Virus record (IMG/VR): IMGVR_UViG_3300026488_000019
Location: 1-64,000 of that record
From: a virus
DNA length: 64,000 nucleotides
Strand: one strand, 5' to 3'
The notes under the pieces are model-generated. The model was not told where the DNA came from and ran no database searches. It saw only the letters and a list, made by a program, of their open reading frames with translations. Below are positions 1 through 10,023 of the stretch, piece after piece; position 1 is the first letter of the stretch; every line of letters starts with the position of its first letter. The translations under genes were made by a program, and so were the position numbers.

Positions 1-1
1 A

Positions 2-169
2 TTACCTAATGGAGTGGACATTCAAGTTAAGTTAGTGAAACAAGATATTAAAGAAATTCCAGTTGAATATGAGTTAGATAGCTTCCAATCTCCTATTGAG
101 TTATTGGAAAATGAAATCAAAGAAGTGTATCCTGATAAAGTTAAGATGTTGAAAGAACTTCTTAAATAA
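2..169 (+). CDS. 3' end of a gene entering from the left, possibly SbcD/gp47-like nuclease
   Basis: Open frame LPNGVDIQ...KELLK* read manually; identity inferred only from position upstream of SbcC/gp46. Confidence 0.4.
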   Translation, partial: LPNGVDIQVKLVKQDIKEIPVEYELDSFQSPIELLENEIKEVYPDKVKMLKELLK

Positions 170-189
170 TGAGGAGGAGTAAAGTGAAA

Positions 190-345
190 ATGGATGTTCA
201 AGATATTATAGATATGATTCAAGTTTGGGATGATATTAGAAAATTAGAGTTTTATAAGCTTTATAATAATGAGAAAAAATTTAAAGAACTGAAAACTTTA
301 GTCTTTCTAATTGAAGAAATTAAAGGAGAAAGAGATGATAGTTAA
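190..345 (+). CDS. Small hypothetical protein (51 aa, MDVQDIIDMIQVW...)
   Basis: Manual translation; GAGGAG SD upstream; stop overlaps the start region of the next gene. Confidence 0.55.
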   Translation: MDVQDIIDMIQVWDDIRKLEFYKLYNNEKKFKELKTLVFLIEEIKGERDDS

Positions 346-1945
346 GTTTCAAAGTTACTACATAGAAAACTTCCAATCTATTAAGGAACTCTCTGTTAAT
401 CTTGATACCAACAAAGTTTACTGTGTAGTAGGTAAAAATGGTTCAGGCAAGTCCTCTATGTTTGAAGGGTTAATTTGGGTTCTTTATGGTAAGGCTAGAA
501 CTAATAACTTTATCAGACAAGGTTCAGCTTACTGTTGTGGTAGTGTAGAGCTTTCCATTAATGATAAACTAATTCTTATCTCTAGATACAAGAACCATCC
601 TGAACACGGTTCTACTGTTAGAATAAAGATAGATGGTCAAGATTTAGTACTACACACTATTAGAGAAGCTAACAAGAAGATTGAAGAGCTTATAGGTAGC
701 TATGAACTTTTCCAATCCTGTGTTATCCTTACTCAAGGTTTGCCTTACGACTTTACTTCCCTTACTCCTACTACTAGAAAGGTAGTTTTTGAAGAGCTAA
801 TAGGTATAGCTTACTGGGATAAGTGGAAGGAAAAGTTACAGAAGAAGCTCAAGGAGGTTCAAACTCAACTTAACCAGATTCTATTAGAAATCTCTAACCT
901 TGAGAATAAACAAAACTACCTACAAGGTAAGTTAGAGGAGTTAGAAAACCAAACTGGTTTAGACTCTATTAAACAAGAGCTTTCCGAAACTGAATCTACT
1001 AAGTCTAGGATAGAATCAGAACTCAATAACCTACCTGATATAGAGCTTATCTCTATCCAGAATCAACTTTCCCAACTAGAAAGGAAGTTAACCTTATTCC
1101 AAAAAGAATACCAAGAAAAGTTTTCTATCATACAGTCTGGTATATGTCCAACCTGTGGTCAACCTTATCCTGATAGCTTAATAAAGCAAGTTGAAGAAAG
1201 GTTAAAGATTCTTAAGGATAGTATAGTCAAGCTAAAACAACTTAAATCTCAGTTGGAATCCCAAAGAGAGATTGCCTATAAGAGACAAAATTTACTCACT
1301 CAATACCAAACCCTTATGAGAAGGATAAACTCTCTTAAAGAGGCAATAGATAAATCTCAGAGTGATGTTAAAGGTAAGTTAGAAGAGATAACCAGAGAAT
1401 TAGACTTGATCCAAACTGAATTAAAAGACTTACAAGCTAAACAAAATGAATTGGAATCTGATATAGAATTCCTTAATTATGTTATAGATTTACTTAAACC
1501 TTCTTCTCAGTTTAGAACCAACTTGCTTAATAGATATGTAGAAGCTCTTAATACAATTCTAGCAGATTTCTCTATTGAGTTTGAGATTGGGTTCAAATTA
1601 GGTAGAGGATTGGATTTAGAGATTAAGAGGAATAATCAGGTATTGGATTTAAAACAACTCTCAGGAGGGGAAAGGAGGAAGGTTAGTATTGTTATTCTTT
1701 TAGCTTTACAGCAGTTAATGGAAAGGATAGGAGGGATTAGAACTAACCTTCTAGTAGTAGATGAAATCTTTGATGCATTAGATTTAGAGAACCTTCAATT
1801 TGCAGTAGAGTTGTTTACAGGTTTTGAAGGGGAGAAATCAGTATTCATTATTACCCACAATGAAATGCTAAAGGAAATGGTTTCTAATGTTATAGAAGTA
1901 AGAAAGAGTGAGGAAGGGGTTTCTGAGTATTCTAACCTACCTTAA
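335..1945 (+). CDS. SbcC/Rad50/T4 gp46-like recombination ATPase
   Basis: Walker A GKNGSGKS, coiled coil, zinc hook CPTCG, signature LSGGE, Walker B VVDE, H-loop ITH; ATG 335 has AAGGAG SD. Confidence 0.93.
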   Translation: MIVKFQSYYIENFQSIKELSVNLDTNKVYCVVGKNGSGKSSMFEGLIWVLYGKARTNNFIRQGSAYCCGSVELSINDKLILISRYKNHPEHGSTVRIKIDGQDLVLHTIREANKKIEELIGSYELFQSCVILTQGLPYDFTSLTPTTRKVVFEELIGIAYWDKWKEKLQKKLKEVQTQLNQILLEISNLENKQNYLQGKLEELENQTGLDSIKQELSETESTKSRIESELNNLPDIELISIQNQLSQLERKLTLFQKEYQEKFSIIQSGICPTCGQPYPDSLIKQVEERLKILKDSIVKLKQLKSQLESQREIAYKRQNLLTQYQTLMRRINSLKEAIDKSQSDVKGKLEEITRELDLIQTELKDLQAKQNELESDIEFLNYVIDLLKPSSQFRTNLLNRYVEALNTILADFSIEFEIGFKLGRGLDLEIKRNNQVLDLKQLSGGERRKVSIVILLALQQLMERIGGIRTNLLVVDEIFDALDLENLQFAVELFTGFEGEKSVFIITHNEMLKEMVSNVIEVRKSEEGVSEYSNLP

Positions 1946-1949
1946 CCAG

Positions 1950-2038
1950 CCTGATTTTCTCTAGCTAACCTGTTTAGTTTAGTAGAAAGGATAGTTAGCC
2001 TACAACCTGAAATTTAACCTGAATCAGGTTTAGTTTAA
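1950..2038 (+). promoter_or_regulatory. Two tandem copies of bipartite motif CCTGAAATTC-N12-GTTTAGTTTAG
   Basis: Copies at 1950-1982 and 2006-2038; same motif at seven other intergenic positions. Confidence 0.75.
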
Positions 2039-2066
2039 TAGAAAGATAAGTGATGAGGAGGGTACT

Positions 2067-2324
2067 ATGGGTAGGAGGAGGTTGGAAGGAATACTAAGGA
2101 AGTTCAATGCTATTGTTAAGGAAATCCAAGAGGGTAAAGAGTATTCTGAAGTTTTGTTTGAGGTTAAAGCTTCTGATAGGATTAGTTGGGAAGTACTAGC
2201 TATGGTAGGTAAAGATTGGTCTGAGGTTCTCTACACCAGGAAGAAAGGAGAGTGCTTAACTTCTCTAACTTGGAAGGAAAGAGAAGTTCTTAATAATTTT
2301 GTTAAAGAACTTAGAACTCTTTAA
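2067..2324 (+). CDS. Hypothetical protein
   Basis: 85-aa ORF with GAGGAGG SD. Confidence 0.65.
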   Translation: MGRRRLEGILRKFNAIVKEIQEGKEYSEVLFEVKASDRISWEVLAMVGKDWSEVLYTRKKGECLTSLTWKEREVLNNFVKELRTL

Positions 2325-2340
2325 AATAGAGGTAGTGGAA

Positions 2341-3078
2341 ATGAAAGTTAATGTTGTTTATGCTAAGTCTTTCTTTGGTTTTGAAGAGATAGAAGATGAA
2401 ACAGTAGATTTAATATTTGCTGATCCTCCTTATGGTATCAGTAGAAACGAAATTCTAAATAACCCTTTGATAGGGTATGAACCTAAAAAAGGAGACTGGG
2501 ATTTAGTTTCAGAAGAATATTTAGAAGAGTTTGCTGAGCAGTTAGTATCAGGTGCAAAAAGAGTTCTCAAACCTGGAGGTAATATAGTTATATCAGGAGT
2601 GTACGGTTCATTAATCCCTTACTTCTTGAAGTTAGAGAAGTATGGTTTTCAGTTTAGACATCACATTATTTGGCACAAAACTAATCCAGCTCCTTCAGTT
2701 CACAGGAGAAGTTTAGTTTACTCCAACGAAATATTACTCTGGTTCAATAAACCAGGAAAATGGTACTTTGATTATGAGTTGTCTAAGACTTATAACAACG
2801 GTAAACAACTTCACGATGTCTGGAACATTCCTGCTGTAAGAAAACAAGCTGGAGTTACGAGGAAGCCTCCTAAGCTATTAGAGATGATAGTTAGGATTTT
2901 ATCTCCTGAAGGAGGATTAGTGGTTGACCCTTGTGTAGGTTCAGGTACCACTATTGAGGTAGCTAGAGAGTGGAATAGAAATTTCATAGCTTATGAAATA
3001 GGAAAAGAACAACTCAATTTACTTAAAACCAAAGGATTTGAAGTAGTGAGGAATGAAGATGAAAGCTATAATCGTTGA
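2341..3078 (+). CDS. DNA N4-C/N6-A methyltransferase (beta class)
   Basis: ADPPY catalytic motif followed by DPCVGSGTT SAM-binding motif; likely ATG start 2341. Confidence 0.92.
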   Translation: MKVNVVYAKSFFGFEEIEDETVDLIFADPPYGISRNEILNNPLIGYEPKKGDWDLVSEEYLEEFAEQLVSGAKRVLKPGGNIVISGVYGSLIPYFLKLEKYGFQFRHHIIWHKTNPAPSVHRRSLVYSNEILLWFNKPGKWYFDYELSKTYNNGKQLHDVWNIPAVRKQAGVTRKPPKLLEMIVRILSPEGGLVVDPCVGSGTTIEVAREWNRNFIAYEIGKEQLNLLKTKGFEVVRNEDESYNR

Positions 3079-3772
3079 AGGAGCAGATGGGTTAGGTAAA
3101 ACTACTATCAGTAAGTACTTAGCTCAAGTATTAGAATGGGATTGGATTAGACAACCTAATCCTAATAGTATTTTAGGTTGGATAAAAAGAGAAGTAAAGG
3201 AGAATTTTGATTGGAATCCAGTAGAAAGACAATTGTTACATACTTGTTCTAACTTAGTTGATTACTTAACGGTAAAAGAGAATACAGTATTTGATAGGTT
3301 TTGGTTATCTACCTATGTGTACTCTAAAATGTTAGGTATAGATGATAAGATTGTTAACACTTTAGTAAAGATTAATCGTGATGTGTTTGAAAAAGTATTT
3401 AGCGAATATAAAATAGTTATCCTTACTGGAAACCAACCTTTTATTAAAGCTGATAGGGATTACTATGAGAAGAAAGGCAAGTGGGACTTTTTAAACAACC
3501 TATACAAGAACTTACCAGCTCAATTCCCTGATTTGGATATCAAGGTTATAGATGTTACTAGTAAAACTGTTCCAACTATACTTTACGAAGTGTTAGAGAA
3601 AGTTGAACTAGTTCACAAAGTTTCAATAGAGAAGTTTCTTAATGCTTTTGGAGATGAAGAGTTAGTTAAAGCACTGTTGTGGGTCTACGGGATTCTACCA
3701 GATGAAACTCTTGCGGATATAGAATTGCCAATTATTGATGAATGGGTTCAAATAATCCTAAAAGGAGGTTAA
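3053..3772 (+). CDS. tmk: Thymidylate kinase-like dNMP kinase
   Basis: IVEGADGLGKTT P-loop, RQP, FDRFWLSTYVY motifs. Confidence 0.85.
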   Translation: MKMKAIIVEGADGLGKTTISKYLAQVLEWDWIRQPNPNSILGWIKREVKENFDWNPVERQLLHTCSNLVDYLTVKENTVFDRFWLSTYVYSKMLGIDDKIVNTLVKINRDVFEKVFSEYKIVILTGNQPFIKADRDYYEKKGKWDFLNNLYKNLPAQFPDLDIKVIDVTSKTVPTILYEVLEKVELVHKVSIEKFLNAFGDEELVKALLWVYGILPDETLADIELPIIDEWVQIILKGG

Positions 3773-3773
3773 G

Positions 3774-4529
3774 ATGGAACTGAAGTACACTGAACCTGTT
3801 AGTGGTAAGGAAAGGGTTATTAAGCTAGTTGACATTAATTTAGTTGAACCTTCTCCATTACAAAGGGAGATTAGCGAAAAACATGTTGATAATTTGGTTA
3901 AGTCTATGACCAAACTAGGTTTCCTAGACCCTCTTATTGGATATGAAAGTAATGGTAAGTACTGGATTGTTAATGGTCAACATAGGCTAATGGCTCTAAA
4001 GAAGTTGGGAGTTAGTGGAGAAATACCTGTTTTAGTAATTCCATTTGAAGATGCTAAGTATATCCTAGACATGAACATTGAAAAAGCTCCTAATGTCAAG
4101 GACAAGTCAATTGAAGCTCTAAAAGTTTATAAAGAGTTTATCAAAACTATACCTAACGAAACTGAGTTTATAGTGGAAGATACTGTTGGAGAGATGTGCT
4201 TAGTAACCTTTGGACTGTGCTACGCTATAGATAATCGCTTTCCAGCTTCTACTTTCTATAACTTAATTAAGAAAATTGATAGAGCTGAAAATGTTCCTCT
4301 TTCAGAAGGATTGGCTCTAAGACAAGAAAGGGCTAATAAGCTAATGGAACTCAGGGAGATTTTCAACCAGAAAAAGCAGGAATTTATTGAAGCTGGTTAT
4401 GATAAGTATCAGGTAGGTAATGTTATTATGAGTTTATCTAATCCTTGGGGGAGAAAGAGGTTGATAGAGGAGAGTTTTGATGAAGGGATTGATATGATTA
4501 TTGAAAAAATGAAAAGTCTTACTCCTTAA
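3774..4529 (+). CDS. ParB/Srx N-terminal domain protein
   Basis: PSPLQRE...GFLDPL...IVNGQHRLMA motif. Confidence 0.85.
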   Translation: MELKYTEPVSGKERVIKLVDINLVEPSPLQREISEKHVDNLVKSMTKLGFLDPLIGYESNGKYWIVNGQHRLMALKKLGVSGEIPVLVIPFEDAKYILDMNIEKAPNVKDKSIEALKVYKEFIKTIPNETEFIVEDTVGEMCLVTFGLCYAIDNRFPASTFYNLIKKIDRAENVPLSEGLALRQERANKLMELREIFNQKKQEFIEAGYDKYQVGNVIMSLSNPWGRKRLIEESFDEGIDMIIEKMKSLTP

Positions 4530-4542
4530 GGCAATTTAACTT

Positions 4543-4566
4543 AGAGCTCCCCAAGAAGGGAGCTCT
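4543..4566 (+). terminator. Stem-loop, possible intrinsic terminator
   Basis: AGAGCTCCC-N6-GGGAGCTCT just after the ParB-like stop; weak U tract. Confidence 0.55.
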
Positions 4567-4603
4567 TATCCTTAACCTAATTAAGTTAAGAGGAGTTAAT
4601 GTT

Positions 4604-4789
4604 ATGGGATTTAAGGAACTGGAAAGGGATTGTAAGGTTGGTAAAGATTGGAAACTGAAGTGTCCAGTATGCCAATCTTCTTATTTGGAAATTTCAGAAT
4701 TCCCAGAGTTTGAAAAGCTTTTATGTACTTGTGGTAAGTGTGGGGTTGATTTTATCCTTTATCCAAAGAGCTATAAGAAAATTGAGTAA
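4604..4789 (+). CDS. Small zinc-ribbon protein
   Basis: CPVC...CGKC; GAGGAG SD. Confidence 0.65.
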   Translation: MGFKELERDCKVGKDWKLKCPVCQSSYLEISEFPEFEKLLCTCGKCGVDFILYPKSYKKIE

Positions 4790-4797
4790 TGGAGGTA

Positions 4798-5294
4798 TGA
4801 TGGAGTTTAGCTGGTTTGATAGATATTTTGACAATTGCTTAGAATATAATTCTGAAAGTTTAGTTGATGAATTTATTCCTGGTATATGGTATCATTACAT
4901 ATCTACTGATTTTTTACAAGGATATGTAAATTATTTAAAGAATAAAAAGTTTATTATCTTGCTTGATAATGAAAGTATTAGGAAGAAAGCACATATCATT
5001 AATATGTTTAAATCAGAGTTTCACCTTGACATACCTCAGATTTGTGATGTTTTAGACTGTACTTTTGATGTAATTATTTTTGGTAGTACTAAAAAGTATC
5101 ATTGGTGCTTATGGTCGTGTGCTGATGTGAGTAATTCAGGGATTGGAAGAATAGAAAAAGGTGAGATTGATTTAGAGGTAATAAAGAGTGATTTCATTGA
5201 GTTACATGTGAAAAAGTATTTGTTGGTAGAGGGATGGTTTGAAGACTTCATTGATTTGCAAGAGTTTGAAGCAAAAGGGTGGATAACCTTATAA
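4798..5294 (+). CDS. Hypothetical protein
   Basis: ORF track 4710..5294; GGAGG SD favours ATG 4798/4801. Confidence 0.6.
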
Positions 5295-5599
5295 ATAAAG
5301 GGATAGCTATGATTACAAAAGAACAATGGGAAAAGGTAATGGAGTGTTTTAGAATGATGAGAAGAATGGGATATGCTTATTCAATTTACTATAAAGAATC
5401 ATTGGTAATAGGAGTACCCAAAAGTGCTGATTATTTCATAATTGAGAAGAGTAATGGAGACTGGGAAAAGGTTTATAGATCAAAGTTTTATTCGTTGCAA
5501 AATTTAATAGAATCATTTACAATTGTTGAACCATTCCGCAAGTATTTTAGTAAATGTAAATCCCATCAACCAGACTATAAATCTGAGGGGAGGGGTTAA
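5279..5599 (+). CDS. Hypothetical protein
   Basis: ORF packed in the operon; start may be ATG 5309. Confidence 0.55.
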   Translation: MDNLINKGIAMITKEQWEKVMECFRMMRRMGYAYSIYYKESLVIGVPKSADYFIIEKSNGDWEKVYRSKFYSLQNLIESFTIVEPFRKYFSKCKSHQPDYKSEGRG

Positions 5600-5601
5600 G
5601 T

Positions 5602-6261
5602 ATGAAATCCAAACTTTTACTAGGTTCTATCTTAACCTTACTAGGGCTTAACTCCATCCTAACCTTATCCTATGTTCACTCTTCCCTACAGGAAACCAAG
5701 ACTCTTATAAAGCAGGTACAGGTTCAGCAGAAGGAAACTCAAGCTAAGCTTAATCAAGAACTTAATGAAGTAAGAAACAGGTTAGTTAACCTAGAAGTTA
5801 AAGTTAATCATTGTGAGACTAAACCAAAACCTTCAGTCCTTAATAAACTAGAGTCTTTTATCAAAGGAGTAAATCCTAGTCTTCCTTCTAACCAAATTAA
5901 CCTGATAGCTAAAAGCTTAGTAGAATCTAGTAAAGAGTTTAATGTTCCTTTATCTATACTAATAGCAGTAGCTTGGCAAGAATCTCATTTTAATCCTTAT
6001 GCCTGTTCTAGTTATGGATGCATAGGAATAATGCAGGTTAATCCTAAAGTGTGGTCTGAAGCTCTTAATATACCTGAATCTTTACTAATCTATCCTGATG
6101 TTAACATTAGGGTTGGAGCTTATATCTTAAGGTACTATTACAACCAAACTGGTAGTTGGAGAAAGGCTATTAGAAGATATTATGGAATTTCTCCTTACGC
6201 CAAAATATATCATGAAAAGGTTTCCGAGAAGATTAGTCTAGTTAAAAGCAAGGTATTATAA
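5602..6261 (+). CDS. Membrane-anchored lytic transglycosylase (SLT domain)
   Basis: N-terminal TM helix, coiled coil, AWQESHFNP, GIMQV, NIRVGAYIL motifs. Confidence 0.88.
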   Translation: MKSKLLLGSILTLLGLNSILTLSYVHSSLQETKTLIKQVQVQQKETQAKLNQELNEVRNRLVNLEVKVNHCETKPKPSVLNKLESFIKGVNPSLPSNQINLIAKSLVESSKEFNVPLSILIAVAWQESHFNPYACSSYGCIGIMQVNPKVWSEALNIPESLLIYPDVNIRVGAYILRYYYNQTGSWRKAIRRYYGISPYAKIYHEKVSEKISLVKSKVL

Positions 6262-6287
6262 CCACTATATCTACCTTATAAAACAAA

Positions 6288-6309
6288 GGTTAGAGGTTAA
6301 CCTCTAACC
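6288..6309. terminator. Perfect palindrome between convergent genes; likely terminator of the late operon
   Basis: GGTTAGAGG-TTAA-CCTCTAACC, followed on the minus strand by TTTGTTTT. Confidence 0.7.
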
Positions 6310-6729
6310 CTTTAAGTTTCTTAAACTTTGCTTATCTAGTTTATTCTCATTAATAAAATTAATGACTTTAGAATTTACACTTTCCACTTTACCATCCTTA
6401 ACAATAAAAATCTCCCCTTCCCACCTTCCATATATCCCTGGAACTTTAGATGTTTTAATGAATAAGTCCTGTTGGTTTTCAACTAATAATTTAGTTAGGT
6501 ATTCTTTAACTTGAAATCCAGCTTCTTTCTCTTTTTCATTAGCAGGTCTAAATATTTCTGGAGCATCAAAACCTTTTAACCTAACCTTAATCTTAAAGGA
6601 TAAATAAAAGCCTAAATCAACAGTAAGGATAACTGTATCTCCATCTACAACTTTATCAATAGACTTTACTTTGTAAAGGTAAAGGTTTTGTTTCATTTTC
6701 ACCTCTTTAATTAACCACTCCTTTTTCAA
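6304..6729 (-). CDS. Thermonuclease (SNase-like)
   Basis: KVVDGDT, VRLKGFDAPE, YGRW motifs; start probably ATG 6696. Confidence 0.88.
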   Translation of the reverse strand: MKKEWLIKEVKMKQNLYLYKVKSIDKVVDGDTVILTVDLGFYLSFKIKVRLKGFDAPEIFRPANEKEKEAGFQVKEYLTKLLVENQQDLFIKTSKVPGIYGRWEGEIFIVKDGKVESVNSKVINFINENKLDKQSLRNLKG

Positions 6730-7270
6730 CTACTCTAAATCCATTAGCTAAGCACAGTTCATATACATCTTCTGGAGATTGCCTCCAGTAAGGTATTTCT
6801 TCTGGTAAAACACCTAAATATTGTAGAATAAAGCAAGTTCCAGTAGAACATACAAACTTACCATTAGGTTCTGATTCCTTACCTTTAATAACAAATTTAA
6901 TTATCTCTGTGTAATCGTAAGGTAACCCAGCTTGACAAATAAAATCTAATATTTTGAAGTATTCAGTATAAGTTTCATAGTCTACTTCTTTACCTAAGAC
7001 TACATAAGGAGTACCTTTAGTATGGTAGCTAGGAGTAGTTAATTGCCACTTAGCTCCAAAGATTCCTAAATACTTATGTCTAGTATTTTCCCAAGCTTCT
7101 ACTCTATAATAACCATCTAAATCAAATCCTACATGAGAAAATTTACTCCTAGTAAACCATTTGATAAGCCTGGATATGAATGATATCCCTTGGAAAAATA
7201 TTACTCTGATTAGATAAGGCTTTTCAGAGTCAAGGAATATTTGCTGAAGTTGAGAAGTCTTTAAGGTCAT
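6707..7270 (-). CDS. Permuted papain-like NlpC/P60 (YiiX/YebB-type) hydrolase
   Basis: ISRLIKWFTRSKFSHVG...GLPYD...KFVCS order (His before Cys). Confidence 0.75.
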   Translation of the reverse strand: MTLKTSQLQQIFLDSEKPYLIRVIFFQGISFISRLIKWFTRSKFSHVGFDLDGYYRVEAWENTRHKYLGIFGAKWQLTTPSYHTKGTPYVVLGKEVDYETYTEYFKILDFICQAGLPYDYTEIIKFVIKGKESEPNGKFVCSTGTCFILQYLGVLPEEIPYWRQSPEDVYELCLANGFRVVEKGVVN

Positions 7271-7278
7271 TCTTTACC

Positions 7279-7854
7279 TCACCTACTTAGTTTGAAATAG
7301 TAGTAGTTAATTCTATCTACATAAGTAATAGTTTCCCTACAATGCTTTCCAGTAAATTTACATAAGTTTTCTCTAAATTCCTTCCAATAGTAAGGCCTTC
7401 CTGCATCCTTCCACGCTTTATAAATCCATCCCATACCAGCATTATAACTAGCAAATATGTAGTTAAGTTTTTCTAAATATTCTAGTTTTGGGAACTTCTT
7501 CCTCCACCACTTAGCTATTATCCAATCATATTTAATACCAATAGCAATATTAACTTCTGGAATAAGGAGCAGGTTAGGGTTTTTAATACCTAACCATTTT
7601 CCTGTTTCAGGCATAATCTGCATTAATCCTAGAGCACCTACATAACTTTTAGCTCTAGGATTAAGAGAACTCTCTTGAATAGCTTGAGCTTTAAACCATC
7701 TCCAGTCCAACCACCAAAAATACCTTTTACCATACCTTTGAAAATAAATATCATATTTATGATTGTTAACTACTTGATTGATAGTTAAGCTATAAGCTTG
7801 ATTAGTAAGTATCGTAAGTAGCCAAATAAGAAAGATCAGAATTGACTTCTTCAT
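7279..7854 (-). CDS. Endolysin, SLT/MltF-like transglycosylase with signal peptide
   Basis: AQAIQESSLNP, GALGLMQIMP, ASYNAG, ETITYV; N-terminal hydrophobic signal. Confidence 0.88.
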   Translation of the reverse strand: MKKSILIFLIWLLTILTNQAYSLTINQVVNNHKYDIYFQRYGKRYFWWLDWRWFKAQAIQESSLNPRAKSYVGALGLMQIMPETGKWLGIKNPNLLLIPEVNIAIGIKYDWIIAKWWRKKFPKLEYLEKLNYIFASYNAGMGWIYKAWKDAGRPYYWKEFRENLCKFTGKHCRETITYVDRINYYYFKLSR

Positions 7855-7864
7855 AGCTTTCTAC

Positions 7865-8119
7865 CTAAAGCATGAAGTTGGTAAAAGCGTAGATTAATCC
7901 TAAAGCTATTAATCCTATTATTAATCCTGAATAAATAGCTACTGCAACATTGCCTTCTTCAAACACTTTTTTGTGGATGATCTTAAATTCTTTTTGGAAA
8001 ATGTGGAGTACACTCATTCTAGTTAAGGTAATGGTGATTAACGATAACATTATGAATAGCACTAATCCCAAAAGTTTAGAAATAGTTAACATTTGAATTG
8101 GATTAAGGGTTTCCATCAT
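7865..8119 (-). CDS. Putative holin (DUF350-like, two TM helices)
   Basis: Two hydrophobic segments, EGNVAVAIY motif, adjacent to endolysin. Confidence 0.65.
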   Translation of the reverse strand: MMETLNPIQMLTISKLLGLVLFIMLSLITITLTRMSVLHIFQKEFKIIHKKVFEEGNVAVAIYSGLIIGLIALGLIYAFTNFML

Positions 8120-8128
8120 TCTACTCCT

Positions 8129-8920
8129 TTAGTAAGTTATCGCTAACTTTGTTAGTCTTTCTTGTTCTAAGTACCACTTAACAATGGTTCTAGACTCTGG
8201 ACTAGGGTTAATGTAATAAATTTTGAATTTGGTTTCTGGGAATTCTGAAAGTACTAAGTTAAAGATGTTAATCTCCTTGTTAAGGTAGAATACCTCTGGT
8301 AGTATGAAAACATGAGGGTCATTTTGTAGGAATGAGTCCAATGAGGTTACTTCACAAATAGAGTAGGCTAATCCACCTGATAAAAGCATCCCTATATTAT
8401 CAGTAGTTTCTTCATAAGGTAGATTCAAATCTAATATATACCTTAAGCGTTTAACAAATACTTGGAATACTTTAAAGTGAGTCTTAAGGAATAAATTGGC
8501 TAATTCATGATTATGGTTCCTTAGCTCTTCTGAATATTTCTCTTCAACTTCTCTAGCAGTCTCTAAAATAGGTTCAGGATATAAAGAACAATTACGATAA
8601 GCTAAGATTGAAATGTAGTTGATTAATTGATGATACCACAGAGACCACAAGGAATATTTTAACCTTATTATGTTATAAGTTTCAGGATAGAACTTTAGTC
8701 TGCAATACCTCATTTCCATAAATGTATTAGAAATAGTTCTAGCTATGATAGACAACCACTTACACCCACTAGCAGTTATCCTCAAATCTGTATCAACTTG
8801 TTCAAATGGAGGGTTTTCTTTAATCTCAGGATAGTGGATATTGTGAAGGATTTCCTTCATACTGATAATAGAGCAGGTATCTAGTCCACAAGATTTGTCA
8901 CAGGTCATTAGCTCCTCCAA
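8129..8920 (-). CDS. Hypothetical protein
   Basis: 263-aa ORF within lysis cluster. Confidence 0.6.
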   Translation of the reverse strand: MEELMTCDKSCGLDTCSIISMKEILHNIHYPEIKENPPFEQVDTDLRITASGCKWLSIIARTISNTFMEMRYCRLKFYPETYNIIRLKYSLWSLWYHQLINYISILAYRNCSLYPEPILETAREVEEKYSEELRNHNHELANLFLKTHFKVFQVFVKRLRYILDLNLPYEETTDNIGMLLSGGLAYSICEVTSLDSFLQNDPHVFILPEVFYLNKEINIFNLVLSEFPETKFKIYYINPSPESRTIVKWYLEQERLTKLAITY

Positions 8921-9315
8921 GTGATATTCTTAACATTATCAGATATTTCATCTAGCTTCTTTGGAATATCTTCCTCTAGCTTTTTCTTCATGCTATTCAG
9001 TAAGGATTTTACTTCCTCTAGCTTCTCAGTAATCAGTTGATTATTAGCATCATTAGTCCTATCTCTAGATTCTATTAACTTTTCTATACTGTTAATAAGA
9101 TTCTCAATATTCCTGAACTGAAGCTCCAATACTTTTTCATCAGTTTTAGGTTTATCAATTGGAACTGATATGATAAGTTTTGCCATAAATCCATAAAAAG
9201 TTCTAGTTAAGAAATATCCCCCTACTCCTCCTGCTCCCATAGACATAGAAACTACAACCAATTTCCAAGTTGGGTATTCTCTAATTGCCTTGTCCATTAG
9301 TTCTACTATTTCCAT
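8908..9315 (-). CDS. Membrane protein with coiled coil (holin/antiholin-like?)
   Basis: One TM segment followed by heptad repeats; lysis context. Confidence 0.5.
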   Translation of the reverse strand: MEIVELMDKAIREYPTWKLVVVSMSMGAGGVGGYFLTRTFYGFMAKLIISVPIDKPKTDEKVLELQFRNIENLINSIEKLIESRDRTNDANNQLITEKLEEVKSLLNSMKKKLEEDIPKKLDEISDNVKNITWRS

Positions 9316-9613
9316 TTGATACTCCTTGTTGGGTAATCAATCTACAAGACTGTAAATAATTTTGGAGAAGAATTAAGTACTGAGAAACTTGGTAAGCAGA
9401 ATCTGAATCATAGCAGTAATAAACTTTGTTATTCAACTTAACTTTGTATAGGTTAATCTGGGGAGGTTGAGGTGGATTAGGAAGTTTAGGTAAATCACAT
9501 TTATAAACAACTTTGGTTTTATAAACTATTTTAGGTTGACTGGGTTGAGTAGTAACACAACTACTTAGCAGTAGAGGAATTGTTAGAAATAAAATCCTTG
9601 AATTGGAGAACAT
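9281..9613 (-). CDS. Outer-membrane spanin (Rz1-like lipoprotein)
   Basis: Lipobox LLLSSC, Pro-rich, overlaps upstream i-spanin. Confidence 0.75.
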   Translation of the reverse strand: MFSNSRILFLTIPLLLSSCVTTQPSQPKIVYKTKVVYKCDLPKLPNPPQPPQINLYKVKLNNKVYYCYDSDSAYQVSQYLILLQNYLQSCRLITQQGVSNGNSRTNGQGN

Positions 9614-10013
9614 TGCTTACCTCATCACTAGGATTAACTTCTACTCTAATAGTTTGGTTCTTTAAAACCTTGTTAGTATGCTCTAATTTGTAGATAGTAG
9701 TTTTTAACTTAGTTAGCTTAGTGATTAAAGAATCTCTTTCTCTAATTACTTGTTCACAAGTTTGTCTATAAGAGTTATAAGTGGAGTAACAGGCTGTGAG
9801 TTGAGATTGAATAACTTTAAGTTGGCTGTTAAGGTTATCTATGGTAGCTTGTTTTTGTTTAATCTGTTGTTTAAGGGAAATAATCTTATTCTGTAATATC
9901 TCAGTTTCTATCTTAAAGAATGTTAGTTCTCCCCAAATAAAGATTGTTGATAGTAGTGCTATACCAGTTCTGCTGAATAGAAACTTTACGAGTATTGTTA
10001 AAATTGGTAGCAT
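9561..10013 (-). CDS. Inner-membrane spanin (Rz-like)
   Basis: N-terminal TM plus long coiled coil, overlapping o-spanin. Confidence 0.72.
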   Translation of the reverse strand: MLPILTILVKFLFSRTGIALLSTIFIWGELTFFKIETEILQNKIISLKQQIKQKQATIDNLNSQLKVIQSQLTACYSTYNSYRQTCEQVIRERDSLITKLTKLKTTIYKLEHTNKVLKNQTIRVEVNPSDEVSNVLQFKDFISNNSSTAK

Positions 10014-10023
10014 TGATTACCTC

